The notes under the pieces: model-generated
Told to the model about the DNA's origin: nothing
Databases searched by the model: none
What the model saw: the letters and a program-made list of their open reading frames with translations, nothing else
Program-made: the position numbers and the translations under genes
Shown: one piece after another, positions 1 to 13,699 of the stretch
Numbering within the stretch: the first letter of the stretch is position 1
How the letters are laid out: each line of letters begins with the position of its first letter
Assembly (NCBI RefSeq): GCF_006345805.1
Contig: NC_043006.1
Coordinates: forward strand, 49,786,001 to 49,850,000
Direction of reading: 5' to 3'
DNA: 64,000 bases
From: Octopus sinensis
Lineage: Eukaryota

Positions 1-230
1 GGGAAACTAGACGAAAACTTAACGGACGGGAAATATAGGCAAAGACATGAAACATGAGTTTCGCGGCTGAGTTCTCCTCGTCAGTCAAAGACCCAAAATA
101 TGATAGTGGTTTCGCGCCATTACCATTGAGACCACTCAATCTTGGAGACGTGTGTGCTGTTATTAAGCTACTGGGCAAAAGCTAGCGAACTAAAACAGAT
201 ACAAACATCACACACACACACAAACACACA

Positions 231-311
<81 letters not shown>

Positions 312-472
312 GTAAAGTTTATTTGCCAACAGTAAGTGGCAGTCCTATAAAAGACTATGTTACTGTTGTTTAAGCCCCAAGAAAACATCTTTTCTTGCTA
401 GTTGTCGACACACAGTCTGTGTCCCTATAGTGTTTTTATGTATGTATGTGTGCATGTATGTATGTATCTATG

Positions 473-503
<31 letters not shown>

Positions 504-1070
504 TATTCATGGTTTTATAATTTAGGAATCTAGTTTTCGAGAGAGGACTCAATATATATGGAATGTAGAGTATATTTAATTCATTAAAAATATTATCTTA
601 CATGCTTAAGCTTCATTTTGTCTTCTTTACGTAGTTGAATGGAACTTTTTTTAAAATTCATTTAGTATGATTATAAGTATATTAAAAAAGAGAACATCGT
701 TAAAAAGAAACATGTAACAAAATAAAGTGTGGCGGGAGGAGAAGAGTAAATAAAAATAGAAAGAAAGATTTGATACGAAGCGTATATTTAGGATATGTAT
801 AACATGGATTCACATGGGAAGCCACAGCATATTTGAAATACGTAAGTTGAATGTTCCTTGGGAATCGACAGTGTTGCAGAAAAATATACGTTACAAGGCA
901 AGCTCTCTGACAGGAATGGTAAATGGAAAGAAAGAAAGATTGAAAGAGAGAAAGGAAGAACGAAAGAAAGAAAGAAAGAAGGCAGAGAGGAAACTGAAAG
1001 ACGTGAAAAAGAGAAACAATAAAAGGGAGAGAAAGAACAAGAGGAAGAATATGATTAAAAAGTGATGTAT

Positions 1071-1502
1071 TATTCTTTTACTTGTTTCAGTCATTTGACT
1101 GCGGCCATGATGGAGCACCACCTTTAGTCGAGCAAATCGAACCCGGGACTTATTCTTTGTAAGCCTAGTACTTATTCTATCGGTCTCTTTTGCCGAACCG
1201 CTAAGTGACGCGGACGTAACTTAGCGGTTCGGCAAAATTATAATTTAGGAATACTAGATTCTTAAATTATACGACCATGAACATTATATACATACATGCA
1301 TACACACATCCATCCATCCATCTATCCATACATACATACATACATAAAAACGTATTACTGCTATTGGTAAGATCAACATCGCTTGACAACATCAGCATCA
1401 GTTGTCAAGCGATGTTGGGGGACAAACACAGACACGCAAACATATATACACACACACATACATACATACATACATACATACATACATACATACATACATA
1501 CA

Positions 1503-1535
<33 letters not shown>

Positions 1536-1536
1536 G

Positions 1537-1569
<33 letters not shown>

Positions 1570-1692
1570 GTGAAATAGAAAGATGAATAATCTTGTAGTA
1601 GATTAATCAAAAGTTTAACCGATACCTTAGTAGCAAAAATCACAGCAGTAAAATTGGATTGCTCCATTTCTTCAATTCACCAATAATGTTTT

Positions 1693-1786
<94 letters not shown>

Positions 1787-1958
1787 CACATATATACGAT
1801 AGGCTTCTTTCAGTTTCCAACTACCAAATCCACTCACAAGGCTTTGGTCGACCCGAGGCTATAGTAGAAGACGCTTGCCCAGGTGCCACGCATTAGGACT
1901 GAATCCAGAACCATGCGGTTGGTAAGCAAGCTACTTACCTCACAGCCACTCCTGCGCC
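1071..1958 (-). mobile_element. tRNA-derived SINE family A, broken copy with insertions at ~1215-1390 and ~1570-1690
   Basis: Minus strand: head GGCGCAGGAGTGGCTGTGAGG (A box) with B-box-like GGATTCAGTCC, body GGGCAAGCGTCTTCTACTATAGCC, internal microsatellite, tail ATGGCCGCAGTCAAATGACTGAAACAAGTAAAAGA; matches many other copies in the window. Confidence 0.9.
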
Positions 1959-2911
1959 TATATTATTGATAAAAAAAAATACTATAGTAATCAATACAAA
2001 TGCTTCCTTCTAATTTCTGTCCTACCAAATGTTTGAGAAGTAAATATTTTCCTTGCTTAATTAGGATGCACTTTACAGTAGGAAACTTTCGGCTTCCCAT
2101 TTTTAACAGGGAAACAGGGGGATAATACACTTGCGTGAAGAACCAAATAAGACTCCAGGTAATTTCCGCAAAACTATTACATTGTTATCGAGTAATACAA
2201 ATTTTCCTTCATTCGAAAGTCTGTTTTTATTGACATGTGTATTAGACAAATCATTGTTTAACACACGCACACGCACATGTGCACAACTACGTATATTAAC
2301 AACTGACATTTTGTAAATTCGGTATCCTTGTTTAAGATTAGTGATTGTCTTTCGGTAAATATCATGATTTACATCTGTTAATGTCTGTTGGATGGAACCC
2401 AAATATATAATATATAATTCACCTGTCATTCCGTTTGTATGTTAAGATGTGCATTAAGCTCTGTCCGTTTGCCAGTGTCCTTGCTTGCATCAAGATAACA
2501 CGTGAGTTAGCAGTAAAGGCATATCAATCCAGAATATATTTAGAGCGATATTTAATGGCTATGAAATAAACTTTAAGGAAAATGTTATTCTGTAAGTTAC
2601 TGCGTTTGTGGATCGCTCATGCTTCCTAACTAACTCTTATACCGGTCGCTTCGCTACCAATATAAAATGGATTATCATGGTATATCACAATTTCTGGTTT
2701 TACCCTATATGTACTATATATTTCTGTACCATATTTACTTTACAACTTTTACTTTACAATTATGTGGAGTAGATGGACAGCCGACGAGTGATGAAGGGTC
2801 GTTCTTTATGTTACCTGTCTTGTTTTCCATTTAGTTCTCTCGTTGTTCGCAAAAGAAGTTTGTTTTCGTATTTCATTTTGCTTACGTTTTGTTACATCCT
2901 GTACCCATATA

Positions 2912-2973
<62 letters not shown>

Positions 2974-3032
2974 ATATGTCAGTATGTACATATATGTATG
3001 TATATATCATATATATTTTATTTATATTATAT

Positions 3033-3073
<41 letters not shown>

Positions 3074-3864
3074 TTGTGTGTGTGTATGTGTTACTATTAA
3101 ATTATTGCATTCATATTTAATAAACCAAATTAATTTTTGCTTTTCATTTAATTCACTCTGATCATAAACCGCCGGTAATGATAGAGATGAGATTTAAGCA
3201 CAAATTTATGTAACTTTAGTGAAACATCATGAACAATTTTTTGCGAAAAAAAAAATCACTACAAAAATTTATGTTGCGGTAATATACACACCAGAAAATG
3301 TTTTTTTTTTCATGTGTTGCTCCGCGTTGAAATAATGCTTCAGTACAGTCTATTTCGTAGCAACAGAAATTATTTTTTAAATATAAAATATATGAATGTT
3401 GTCGATGTTGACCTTCTCCGATAAATATCCAGGTGTGCAGCTAGTTTCCATTATTTTATTCTGTCTTCTTTTTCTCCCTCACATTTTTCTTTCCCTTTCG
3501 CCCACTATTTTATTAATAAATTGTTATATAAATCCTCTTTCAAACAATATACTACACTATAAAGTACAACGGATTTGCCCCTTTCCTTTTATAACGTCAC
3601 TAGCAAAATCTTTGAATTACACAATTGGTTTGGTGCCTGGAAATCTAGCGATATTTTCAACCTCTTCTTGCTTAAATTATTCTTGTCTTCTTTCATCTCT
3701 AATTTAATCCACCCATTTCTCATAATCCATTTCTTTTTATTCATATTGTTTCTACTTTTCTCCTTCTCTTACTCTGTTTCTGTTTCACGTGTTTACTTTT
3801 TTCCGTTTCCTCTCTTTTCTTTCCTTCTTCGTCTTACACGTTTACCATCTAACAATGTATAAAG

Positions 3865-4230
3865 CAACGATTTTTTCCAAAAACGTTATCTCTATCGATT
3901 CCCAATAACCAAACTCTTGCGAAATACCTATGGTTTTTGAAAGACAGAAGAGAGAACAACCCTACGATAAAATGGACAGTTTTCACGAAGGCAAAGACAT
4001 ACAACAGTCGCTGCAGTCGCTGCCATTAATGGGTAACTGAAAATCCCAAGATTTTTACTCTGCAAGGTTGCACATTCTCGTCAAGCCTTCATGCACATCC
4101 CTGTATCAAAGAATTTTCAACTAAAAAGCGGCTGAACCCACACACTACAGCCTCTTAACAGAGTGACACAAGAGCTGATGCGTGAAATCACAGCCCTAAT
4201 AATAAAAAAAACCGAAAACATGTTCTTATG
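3865..4230 (+). pseudogene. Penelope-like GIY-YIG endonuclease C-terminal remnant
   Basis: Translates to LAKYLWFLKDRRENNPTIKWTVFTKAKTYNSRCSRCH, resembling the LSKYIWxLK...IKW.I...Y....RC.LC block of Penelope endonucleases; stops and frameshifts. Confidence 0.55.
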
Positions 4231-4535
4231 GGTATTATAAAATATACTTTAACAAGGACCTTGAAAAAAACATTACCCTCAAGTCAATTTATTTTGAAAG
4301 CCATTATAACTATTATTAACGCTAACCATGTATTGGAGGACAGTGTAATTCTCTTTCATAAATTCTGGAGGAGAAGGGAAGGAAAAGTGGGGGTGAGTGA
4401 AATGTGTGATTTTTTTAAACAGCTTTCTTCCTTTACTTAGTCCGTCTGTAACGATTTCAGTTGAAAGAAAAGGCGAAGAGCGAGAAAGAAAGAGGTAAAG
4501 TGCTGTGTATTAAGCCTATAAAATTGTGCATATAG

Positions 4536-4972
4536 TATTCTTTTACTCTCTTTTACTTGTTTCAGTCATTTGACTGTGGCCATACTGGAGCACCGCCTTT
4601 AGTCGAGCAAATCGATCCCGGGACTTATTCTTTGTAAGCCTAGTACTTATTCTATCGGACTTCTTAGCCGAACCGCTAAGTTACGGGGACGTAAACACAC
4701 TAGCATCGGTTGTCAAGCAATGTTGGAAGCGATGTGGGGGGGGGGGGCAAATACAGACACACAATCATATATACACACACGTAGATATATATATATATAT
4801 ACACATATATACGACGGGCTTCTTTCAGTTTCCGTCTACCAAATCCGCTCACAAGGCTTTGGTCGACTCGAGGCTATAGTAGAAGACACTTGCCCAAAGT
4901 GCCACGCAGTGGGACTGAAACCGGAACCATGTGGTTGGTAATCAAGCTACTTACCACACAACTACTCCTGCG
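4536..4972 (-). mobile_element. SINE family A, near full-length
   Basis: Head, body, internal (TA)/(CA) tract and CAGTCAAATGACTG tail all present. Confidence 0.92.
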
Positions 4973-5715
4973 TATATACAGTTTATTGAAACTGAATGTT
5001 TATCTTGTAACTAAGTTGTTTTCCGCCACTACGGTTTTCATGTGAGAACTATAATAACTCAGATTGTTATACGTATATTCGTTGGTGTGTCTAAGTAGTG
5101 CTATAATTGAAACAAACCAGCTTTTTAGTGAATTGAACAAACGCAAATTTTAAATTAGTTTAACAAACACTTTCTAGAAGCCACACCAAAGTTATTCAAA
5201 CATGAATATACCGGATACTACCCACGGTAACAAAAACTGACGTGGATATGTTGTTAATTAGTTTTACAGTGAAATATACCCGTAAACAAAGCGTTAAAAT
5301 TCCCTAGTCTTGATCAAGGCAACGATAGTTACAAACACAATACAAGACACACTTTACTAAAAAGAAAACCAAGATAAACTTGATAATAATAAAAATAACA
5401 GCGTTTATCAGATTAACTGTAAAATCTAGAACGGAAAGAAAAGAATAAATTAAAACCACAACTCGAGTCAAGGACGAATAGACGAAATATATATATATAT
5501 ATATACCTACCTACAACAAATAAGGAATGACAAGGCAAAAAGTAAGTCAATCAACAAGCATAAACATAAACAATTGAACAGTTACAAGCAGGTGACCTAA
5601 CTGACATCAACGAACATAATATATCACCCAACTGAGTAGTAAAAGTTCTCGCACGAAGATCGCAGTGGCATAAAACGCGAGTCACGAGGTTAAAATTCAG
5701 TTTCATTTCTGCATA

Positions 5716-6879
5716 CTAGCAAATCTACCCATCTACGATGAAGGCATAAAACGAGGAAGGGGAGTCATAACAGCAGTATGTATTCAGAAATGTGTAAATG
5801 GACTTGATTGATTACTGGGTGATGCCTTAGAGAAATCACATTATTGTTGGTGATACAGCATTCTATTACAGCTATAAGACATGTATTTGCATATAAGTGA
5901 CGTGATGACGATTCACTTCCGAATTGAAATAGGCACCCAGCCTTTGTATCATGAATGGATATGTGGACCACTCCTAACGAAAGCCAGAGCTTCCTTCGAT
6001 CACTACATAAAAAGTATTAAGAAAAAAAATGTTATTTAGATATACTTTTATTTTAGTTGTTTACACTCTTTTACGTTTGTTTATATTCTTATACATTCAA
6101 AGTTCACAAATTTCCTTATTTAGATTATGAATCATATTTCTTTTGATAATATCAATATGATTACAAAACTTCTTTATAGGCGACATTTTCTGTTTGGTTG
6201 ACACTATTTTTCAAACTACTGTAATCCGATGCTCTACTCACAGCGATGTATAACTGGCTGTGTGTAAACATCGGAGTGGGTAAAAATTCACATATACGAT
6301 CTAAAGTCTGGACTTGTGCCTTTTTTGCTGTGAATGCGCGAGCGGTTTATTTAGGGTTGCAAAAAAATCAAACTGAGACTTACCTTTCACTGTTCTACGC
6401 GAATAATGTCTGGATGTTCTGGTACCATGAGTTATTTTGATTGACAAAACTGAGATGTAAATAACAGCCGCTTTGATTACCCGTTTCGAATTCTGCCTGA
6501 GACTGACACATTTCAATAACCACTAAATAATCATACACACTATATACTGACACACACTTTTCCCGTTTTATTTTGGCTATTAAACGTCCTCGCGACCCCT
6601 TCGTATCTACGATGGGGCACGAACTATACGTTGAAAATCCAGAGTTACGCGTGGTCGGTGAACTTTTAATAAAGATGCGAAAGTGGTCTATCAATTGAAA
6701 AATCAATATCTACGAAATAATAATCTGATTTTTTAATGCAAAAAACCTACCTGACGACCGTCTTTGTAATTCCGCTAAATATCGTAACCCTTGGTCCAGC
6801 TGTTTGACCGTGAGGAGCGAACAGATAGACAGACGGACAAACGGAGAGACAGACGGATATAACGCCCATTATAGTAAGA
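5716..6879 (-). mobile_element. Non-autonomous Helitron-like element
   Basis: Minus strand begins A|TCTTACTATAAT followed by a (GTCY)n tract and ends with an imperfect hairpin (CATC-GTA-GATG) then TTTGCTAG|T, i.e. TC...CTAG termini in an AT site. Confidence 0.6.
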
Positions 6880-6931
6880 TTATGTTATATTAAATTATAT
6901 ATATATTATATATACTTACATAAAAATATAG

Positions 6932-6988
<57 letters not shown>

Positions 6989-7206
6989 TATATATATATA
7001 TAGATAGATAGATAGATAGATGAGTGTATTTTTACCTTGTTAACAATTAACAAGGAAAAAATAAATAAATAGTCACATAATAACAACTGTCAAATATTAA
7101 GACATTTAATAATACTAACATTAATTTAGCTAATACCATCCAACCCTCTAGAAATATTAATAACAAGGTTATTGTATCTGAAGTCAATTCCAATAGAATT
7201 AAGTTT

Positions 7207-7598
7207 ATGTCAAGTAACTCTAAGATTAAAAATTCTATATACCAGTGTATAATCAGTACTCGTAATAAAGTACGATTTTACATGGGAAGCACATCGTTAG
7301 AGTTATCTAAAAGAATTTCTATCCATTACTCAACATTTAGGGATAGAAATAAACGTAATAGTACCGGTCTCAGCAAACTGATTTTGGGATTTAAAAGACC
7401 ACAATGAACAATTTCATTTAGAATGGTTGATTCTCTCAAGTTCGATACCTTATGACAAAGGCAAGGAATTCTGTCATCTCTGCAATTCTGAGCTATTTTT
7501 CATTATTTTTTTCTAAAAATACTCTAGTAAACACGATTATAGAGCGAGCATACAGATGTAAGCATTGGCAAAAACACACATTTAGTGCATATAAGTAG
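7207..7598 (+). pseudogene. Penelope-like GIY-YIG endonuclease remnant
   Basis: IYQCII...FYMGST...KRISIHYSTF...STGLSKLI, then after a frameshift PYDKGKEFCHLCNSE and RCKHWQKH: the Penelope endonuclease motif order. Confidence 0.8.
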
Positions 7599-7798
7599 TC
7601 TCTATCATTATATATAATTTAAACTTTAATTTTCTTTATATTTAACATTCACTATTGGTATCCCTACTCTATCTGTTAGCTACTTATGACGTTATATCAT
7701 ATAACGTTTTTAAAACAATATTAACAGCGTTCTGTCTATCGCTATACAAATCCATCATTTTTTGCTAAAATGTCTTATTGACGAGTTTCGCTTTTTTC

Positions 7799-7881
7799 AC
7801 TTTCTTGAGAAGATTGCATTGTTTATACCATTTATTCTTTTGAATAGTATCAGTGGAATTTTCGAAACATGTGTCGAAAGT
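7799..7881 (+). ncRNA. Degenerate type I hammerhead-like motif downstream of the Penelope endonuclease
   Basis: Stem I ACTTTC/GAAAGT, core TTGAGA (vs CUGANGA), CGAAA, short stem III CATGTG, GUC triplet. Confidence 0.45.
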
Positions 7882-7936
7882 AAAAATATTTGATTTACAC
7901 CTGCGTTAAACTCCATTTATTTTTTCATATTATATG

Positions 7937-7989
<53 letters not shown>

Positions 7990-8152
7990 ATATATATATA
8001 TATATATATGTATATATGTGTGTGTACATATATATGTGTATATATATATGTATATATATACTAATATAGGATGAAGCTTTTTTTACAGAAAAAAATTCAA
8101 CCAAAAAATGTGGCAGCATATTAAAATAACTATAATTTTAACCTTAAAATTA

Positions 8153-8216
<64 letters not shown>

Positions 8217-8656
8217 GAGAGAGAGAGAGATAGCTTATTTCTAGCATATACAGTTAGATATACATAATGGTGAAATGTACGTAGGGAACAAATGATATAA
8301 ACTGCATCTTATGTTTACCATATTCTTTCCTATACATGTATTTGTGTCTGTGTTTTTGTGTTTGTGTGTGCTTGTGTGTATATGTGTGGCTGGGTGGGTG
8401 TCTGTGTGCGCGCGTGTTATGTGTGTAAATAGGTAAAATAACAGAAACGGACTTAGGGGAATGAGAGACAGACAACTGGACAACGTGAAAGATTACAATA
8501 GGTAGAGAAAAAGTCCAAAGACGGTGGGCAAAATGTAAACACAAACGCAAAAATGAATTACCCTAAAAAGTTGTACACAATGAAATGTATGTCGAAACGG
8601 TAAAGGAAAAGAAGTATTCAGGAGGTTCTGGCTAAATTTGACTGTTTGTAACATAA

Positions 8657-9058
8657 CTCTTTTACTTTTTTATTTGTTTCAGTCATTTGACTGCGGTCAT
8701 GCGGGAGCATCACATTTAGTCGAGCAAATCGACCCCAGGACTTATCCTTTTTTAAGCCTAGTACTTATTCTATCGGTCTCTTTTGCCGAACCGCTAAGTT
8801 ACGGGGACGTAAACACGCCAGCATCTGTTGTTAAGCGATGTTGGAGGAACAAACACAGACACATAAGCATATACACACACATACATACATATATACAACG
8901 GACTTGTTTCAGTTTCCGTCTACCAAATCCACTCACAAGGCTTTGGTCGGCTCGAGGCTATAGTAGAAGGCACTTGCCCAAGGTGCCACGCAGTAGGATT
9001 GAACCGGAATCATGTTGTTGGTAAGCAAACAACTTACTACGCAGTCACTCCTGCGCCT
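8657..9058 (-). mobile_element. SINE family A
   Basis: Full head-to-tail match to the family. Confidence 0.92.
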
Positions 9059-9074
9059 AAGGAAAAGAGAACAC

Positions 9075-9878
9075 AATATGCCATCCTAAAATAAAAGTAT
9101 GTTGGAAATCAAAAAATATCAACAAGATTATGGTTGAGAAATGTCAGTTTAATCAAAGCAGTTGCTCTCGGTTTCCACCACGGCCTCAAGACGGCTCTGG
9201 AACTTGGCACATGCATTCCTTACTGTGTCCTTGGGAAGATCTTTGAACACAGTTGGTGTCTTTCTCAGTCGCAACACGCATATAGCAATCTCTGGAATTA
9301 AAATCGGAGGAATTTGGGCGTCAGAAATTGGGGCTGGTGAGGTCATAGTAATTCTCCGGCAAACACTTCTGACTTTCTAGGGGTATGGCAAGGAGCCGAA
9401 CCCTGTTACCACACGTGTGGCCTTCCGTCTCCTGTCATGCTTAGACCACACTATCCAGAAGCTTCACAGAGCCGTTTCAATTGAGCCTAAGGCTCTGTTC
9501 AAAGATGTGAACGGCATGGCATCATCTTCAATGGAGACACCCAAAGATCCTCACAATTTAAGGGAACTTAGTTTTTATGATGTATAGAACATGTCCATGT
9601 CACATCCTACAGATTTTACTCGTACAGTTTTCATAGGGCATTGATGAGCAGTCATGATGCCAGCATTTTGTTATCCGGCGTGAATCATCATGACAAAAGT
9701 AACTCTTTTCCAATACTCAGATGGAATTTAGCCTTCCATAACAGCTTACTTTTTCTCAACTACAACTTTAATTTGTATGCTTTCCAACGTCATTGACAGT
9801 TCAACAATGTAGCAAGTTGGTCCTAAAAAACAGACATTTATAATGGTCAAATTTAGCCCTCAAACCTCACACCCTGTA
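9075..9878 (-). mobile_element. Tc1/mariner-superfamily (maT/DD37D-like) transposon remnant
   Basis: Frameshifted DSAPCHT, PNSSDFN (cf. WPPNSPDLNP) and NACAKFQSRLEAVVE motifs; end CACCCTG|TA. Confidence 0.7.
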
Positions 9879-9913
9879 TGCATGTATGTGCGTGCGTATA
9901 TATATATATATTT

Positions 9914-10106
9914 AAGAAGGATGCCAGAAGTAGACCATAAGGGGTATACTTCTAGCATAATGTATGTCCAATTAGTGGTCATCCCTCTTTTTTGTATGCA
10001 ATGTAATTTTTCTGAATCTTCAGATTTTTCAATATGCTAGACCACTGGTTTGAAATTGATATTAATCAAATCAATATTCAGTTTTTCACCCTTATTTGAA
10101 ATTTAC
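9914..10106 (+). repeat. Structured repeat (P1-ACCACT-hairpin family), probable Penelope-type terminal repeat fragment
   Basis: Near-identical to 23533-23713; CTAGCATA (9952-9959) complements TATGCTAG (10033-10040), followed by ACCACTGG. Confidence 0.7.
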
Positions 10107-10110
10107 ATAT

Positions 10111-10287
10111 ATGTAGGAGTGGCTGTGTGGTAAGTAGCTTGCTTATGAGCCACATAGTTCCGGGTTCAGTCCCACTGCGCGGCACCTTGGGCAAGTGTCT
10201 TCTACTATAGCCTCGAGCCGACCAAAGCCTTGTGAGTGTATTTGGTAGGCGGAAACTGAAAGAAGCCCGTCGTATATATGTATGTGC

Positions 10288-10318
<31 letters not shown>

Positions 10319-10541
10319 TGTGTGTGCGTGTGTGTGTGTGTGTGTGAGTTTGTGTGTGTCTGTGTTTGTCCCCCCAACATCGCTTGACAACCGATGCTGG
10401 TGTGTTTACGTCACCGTAACTTAGCGGTTCGGTGAAAGAGACCGATAGCGTAAGTACTAGGCTTACAAAGAATATGTCCTGGGCTCGATTTGCTCGACTA
10501 AAGACTAAATGACTGAAACAAATAAAAGAGTAAAAGAGGAA
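10111..10541 (+). mobile_element. SINE family A
   Basis: Head AGGAGTGGCTGTGTGG...GGTTCAGTCCC through tail with a small deletion. Confidence 0.92.
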
Positions 10542-10639
10542 AAGAGTATATATATATATATATATATATAAATAGGTGAATGAATTATCCTATGTTTATC
10601 GTCAGCATGGACGTATATGTTTGTATGTATATATGTATG

Positions 10640-10673
<34 letters not shown>

Positions 10674-10884
10674 TGTATGCATGTATATATGTATGTATAT
10701 ATGTATGCATGTATGTATATATGTCTGTATGTATATATGTATGTACGTACGTATGTATGTACGTCCGTATGTATGTATGTATGTACGTACGTATGTATGT
10801 ATGTACCTATGTCGGGAGTAAGGGATTTTGTTAACATCTTCGTTCGACTCCATTCTTTCATTTATATATATATATATATATTAC

Positions 10885-10970
10885 AATATGTTACATTACT
10901 CGGTAGTCCAGATAAAACTCTGATTTCAGAAACTCAGAGTTTTATCTTGACTCCGATTATGTAACATATT
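10885..10970. repeat. ~86 bp imperfect palindrome centred on a hammerhead-like GAAA-CTCAGAG-TT segment
   Basis: AATATGTTACAT...AGATAAAACTCTGA pairs with TCAGAGTTTTATCT...ATGTAACATATT. Confidence 0.75.
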
Positions 10971-11045
10971 TTATAGATAAATTTCCTCTATTTACATAAT
11001 ATTGAGGTCTCTTTCTTTCTTTGTTATCTTAACCGTTTTATTATC

Positions 11046-11101
<56 letters not shown>

Positions 11102-11120
11102 GAGAGAGAGATAGAGAGAG

Positions 11121-11157
<37 letters not shown>

Positions 11158-11168
11158 TAGATATAGAT

Positions 11169-11213
<45 letters not shown>

Positions 11214-11485
11214 GAAATACATACAGTAGGTAGGTATGCAGGTGTGTATACATGTATGAGTGTATGGTTCTGCGTCTGTGCACAAATATGTAACCAATGC
11301 GCGAGTGGCGGCGTTTCCAAAAAAAATATTTGAGTTATTCGATAAGTAACGATCGTTAATATTACTGCTAACAAGCTGAAATATGTCCTGGATCGATTTG
11401 ATTGATTAAAACCTTTGTAGGGTGGAGTTCAAGATGGTCGTGATCTAATGACTAAGAGCAGTTAATGTATAAAAGGATATGTCTG

Positions 11486-12500
11486 TACATACATACATAC
11501 ATACATACATACATACATACATACATACATACATACATACATGCATGTATATATACATACGTACGTACATACATACATACGTTCGTACGCAGATGCATAT
11601 ATACATACATACGTTCGTACGCAGATGCATATATACATACATACGTACGAACGTATGTACGTACTTGCATACATACATACATACATACATACCTATATAC
11701 ATACATACATACATACGTACGTACATACATACGGACGTACATACATACGTACGTACATACATACATATATACATACATATATACATACATGCATACATAT
11801 ATACATACATATATACATGCATACATACATATATACATATATATACATACATATATACATACAAACATATACATATACATCCATACATCATAATACATAC
11901 ATACTACGACATACATAATATATACATACATATATACATACATATATACATACATATATACATAACATACATAATACATACTACATACATACATACATAA
12001 TACATACATACATACTACATACATACATACATACATACATACATACATACATGCATGTATATATACATACGTACGTACATACATACATACGTTCGTACGC
12101 AGATGCATATATACATACATACGTACGTACGTATGTACGTACTGCATACATACATACATACATACATACCTATATACATACATACATACATACGTACGTA
12201 CATACATACGGACGTACACATACATACGTACGTACATACATCACTCTAAACATACATATTAATACATACATGCATACATATATACATACATATATACATG
12301 CATACATACATACATATATACATATATACATACATATATACATACAAACATATACATATACATACATACATACATATATACATGCATACATATATACATA
12401 CATATATACATACATATATACATACATATATACATACATACATAAATACATACATACATACATACATAATACATACATACATACATATGCGTATGCATAA
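11486..12500. repeat. Complex (TACA)n-derived minisatellite with a ~510 bp higher-order duplication
   Basis: Variant strings GTTCGTACGCAGATGC, ACGGACGTAC and CAAACATATAC recur at ~11580-11870 and ~12090-12350. Confidence 0.85.
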
Positions 12501-13203
12501 AATACAGAAAGAAATATTAAAATATACATATATTCTATAAGAGAAAATATAAATGTATAATATTTATTTGAGTTTTTAATATGTAGATTTCGATGTGTGT
12601 GTGTGTGTGTGCCTATTTGTGTGTTCGTATGATTATGTGTGGATCAAGGTGGTGTATTGTATGTAAATGTATATACGCATAGACATAATGCATAGTCTGA
12701 GATATTCTAAATAAACTGCTTTGATCACAGATACGTAGCAGTTTAGTACCAAGAGGAAGGGCAGGGCAGTTACCAATTTTGCAATGGATTCCAAGACTGA
12801 CTGAAGAATGAAAAGGAAAACTATAACTATGGTTAATATGTAATCAGTCTGAACTCTTTCAACAGATTTCACTCTATAAAAGAACCTAGGAGTCACTTTG
12901 TCAAGTTAAACATGGCCAACACATTAAGCTTATTCCCCAGAATAAGAATCAGTTTCCCAAATGCTTCAGCAGTTTTCATCTACCCGTTTTTCCCTCGAAA
13001 TATTTGGGATAACACGAGAATACCGTAGAAAACAATGCCTGCCTAGTTGCCGCATAGAAGGGTCTAATGCGAATTATTTTACCTATGGGAACATTAAAAC
13101 TTTGTCTTCACCATAACGGATGTATAGTTAGTTCTTAAAATCATCATTTTGTGAAATATATATATATATATAATATATATATATATACATATAATACACA
13201 CAC

Positions 13204-13282
<79 letters not shown>

Positions 13283-13283
13283 A

Positions 13284-13672
13284 GGCGGCGAGCTGGCAGA
13301 ACCGTTTGTACGCCGGGTGAAATGCTTAGCGGTATTTTGTTTGCCGCTACAATCTGAGTTCAAATTCCGCCGAGGTCGACTTTGCCTTTCATCCTTTCGG
13401 GGTCGATTAAATAAGTACCAATTACCCACTGGGGTCGATATAATCGACTTAATCCGTTTGTCTGTCTTTGTTTGTCCTCTCTGTGTTTAGCCCCTTGTGG
13501 GTAGTAAAGAAATAGGCATTTTGTCTGCCGTTACGTTCTGAGTTAAAATTCCGCCGAGGTCGATTTTGTGATTTGTCCTTTCGGGGTCGATTATATAAGT
13601 ACCAGTTACACTCTGGGGTCGATGTAATCGACTTAATCCCTTTGTCTGTCCTTGTTTGTCCTCTCTATGTTT
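13284..13672 (+). mobile_element. SINE family B with a partial tandem duplicate
   Basis: GGCGGCGAGCTGGCAGAA head, GAGTTCAAATTCC B box, central GCCTTTCATCCTTTCGGGGTCGAT...AAGTACCA (resembles the MetaSINE central domain, from memory); second partial unit from ~13516. Confidence 0.85.
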
Positions 13673-13699
13673 GTGTGAGCGAGCGCGCATGTGTATATT

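Noticed and set aside
38-95. Minus-strand CTGACGAG...CGAAAC hammerhead-like core
   Set aside because: Stem I has only about 3 bp and stem II pairs poorly; cannot be separated from chance, though it may be a decayed copy.
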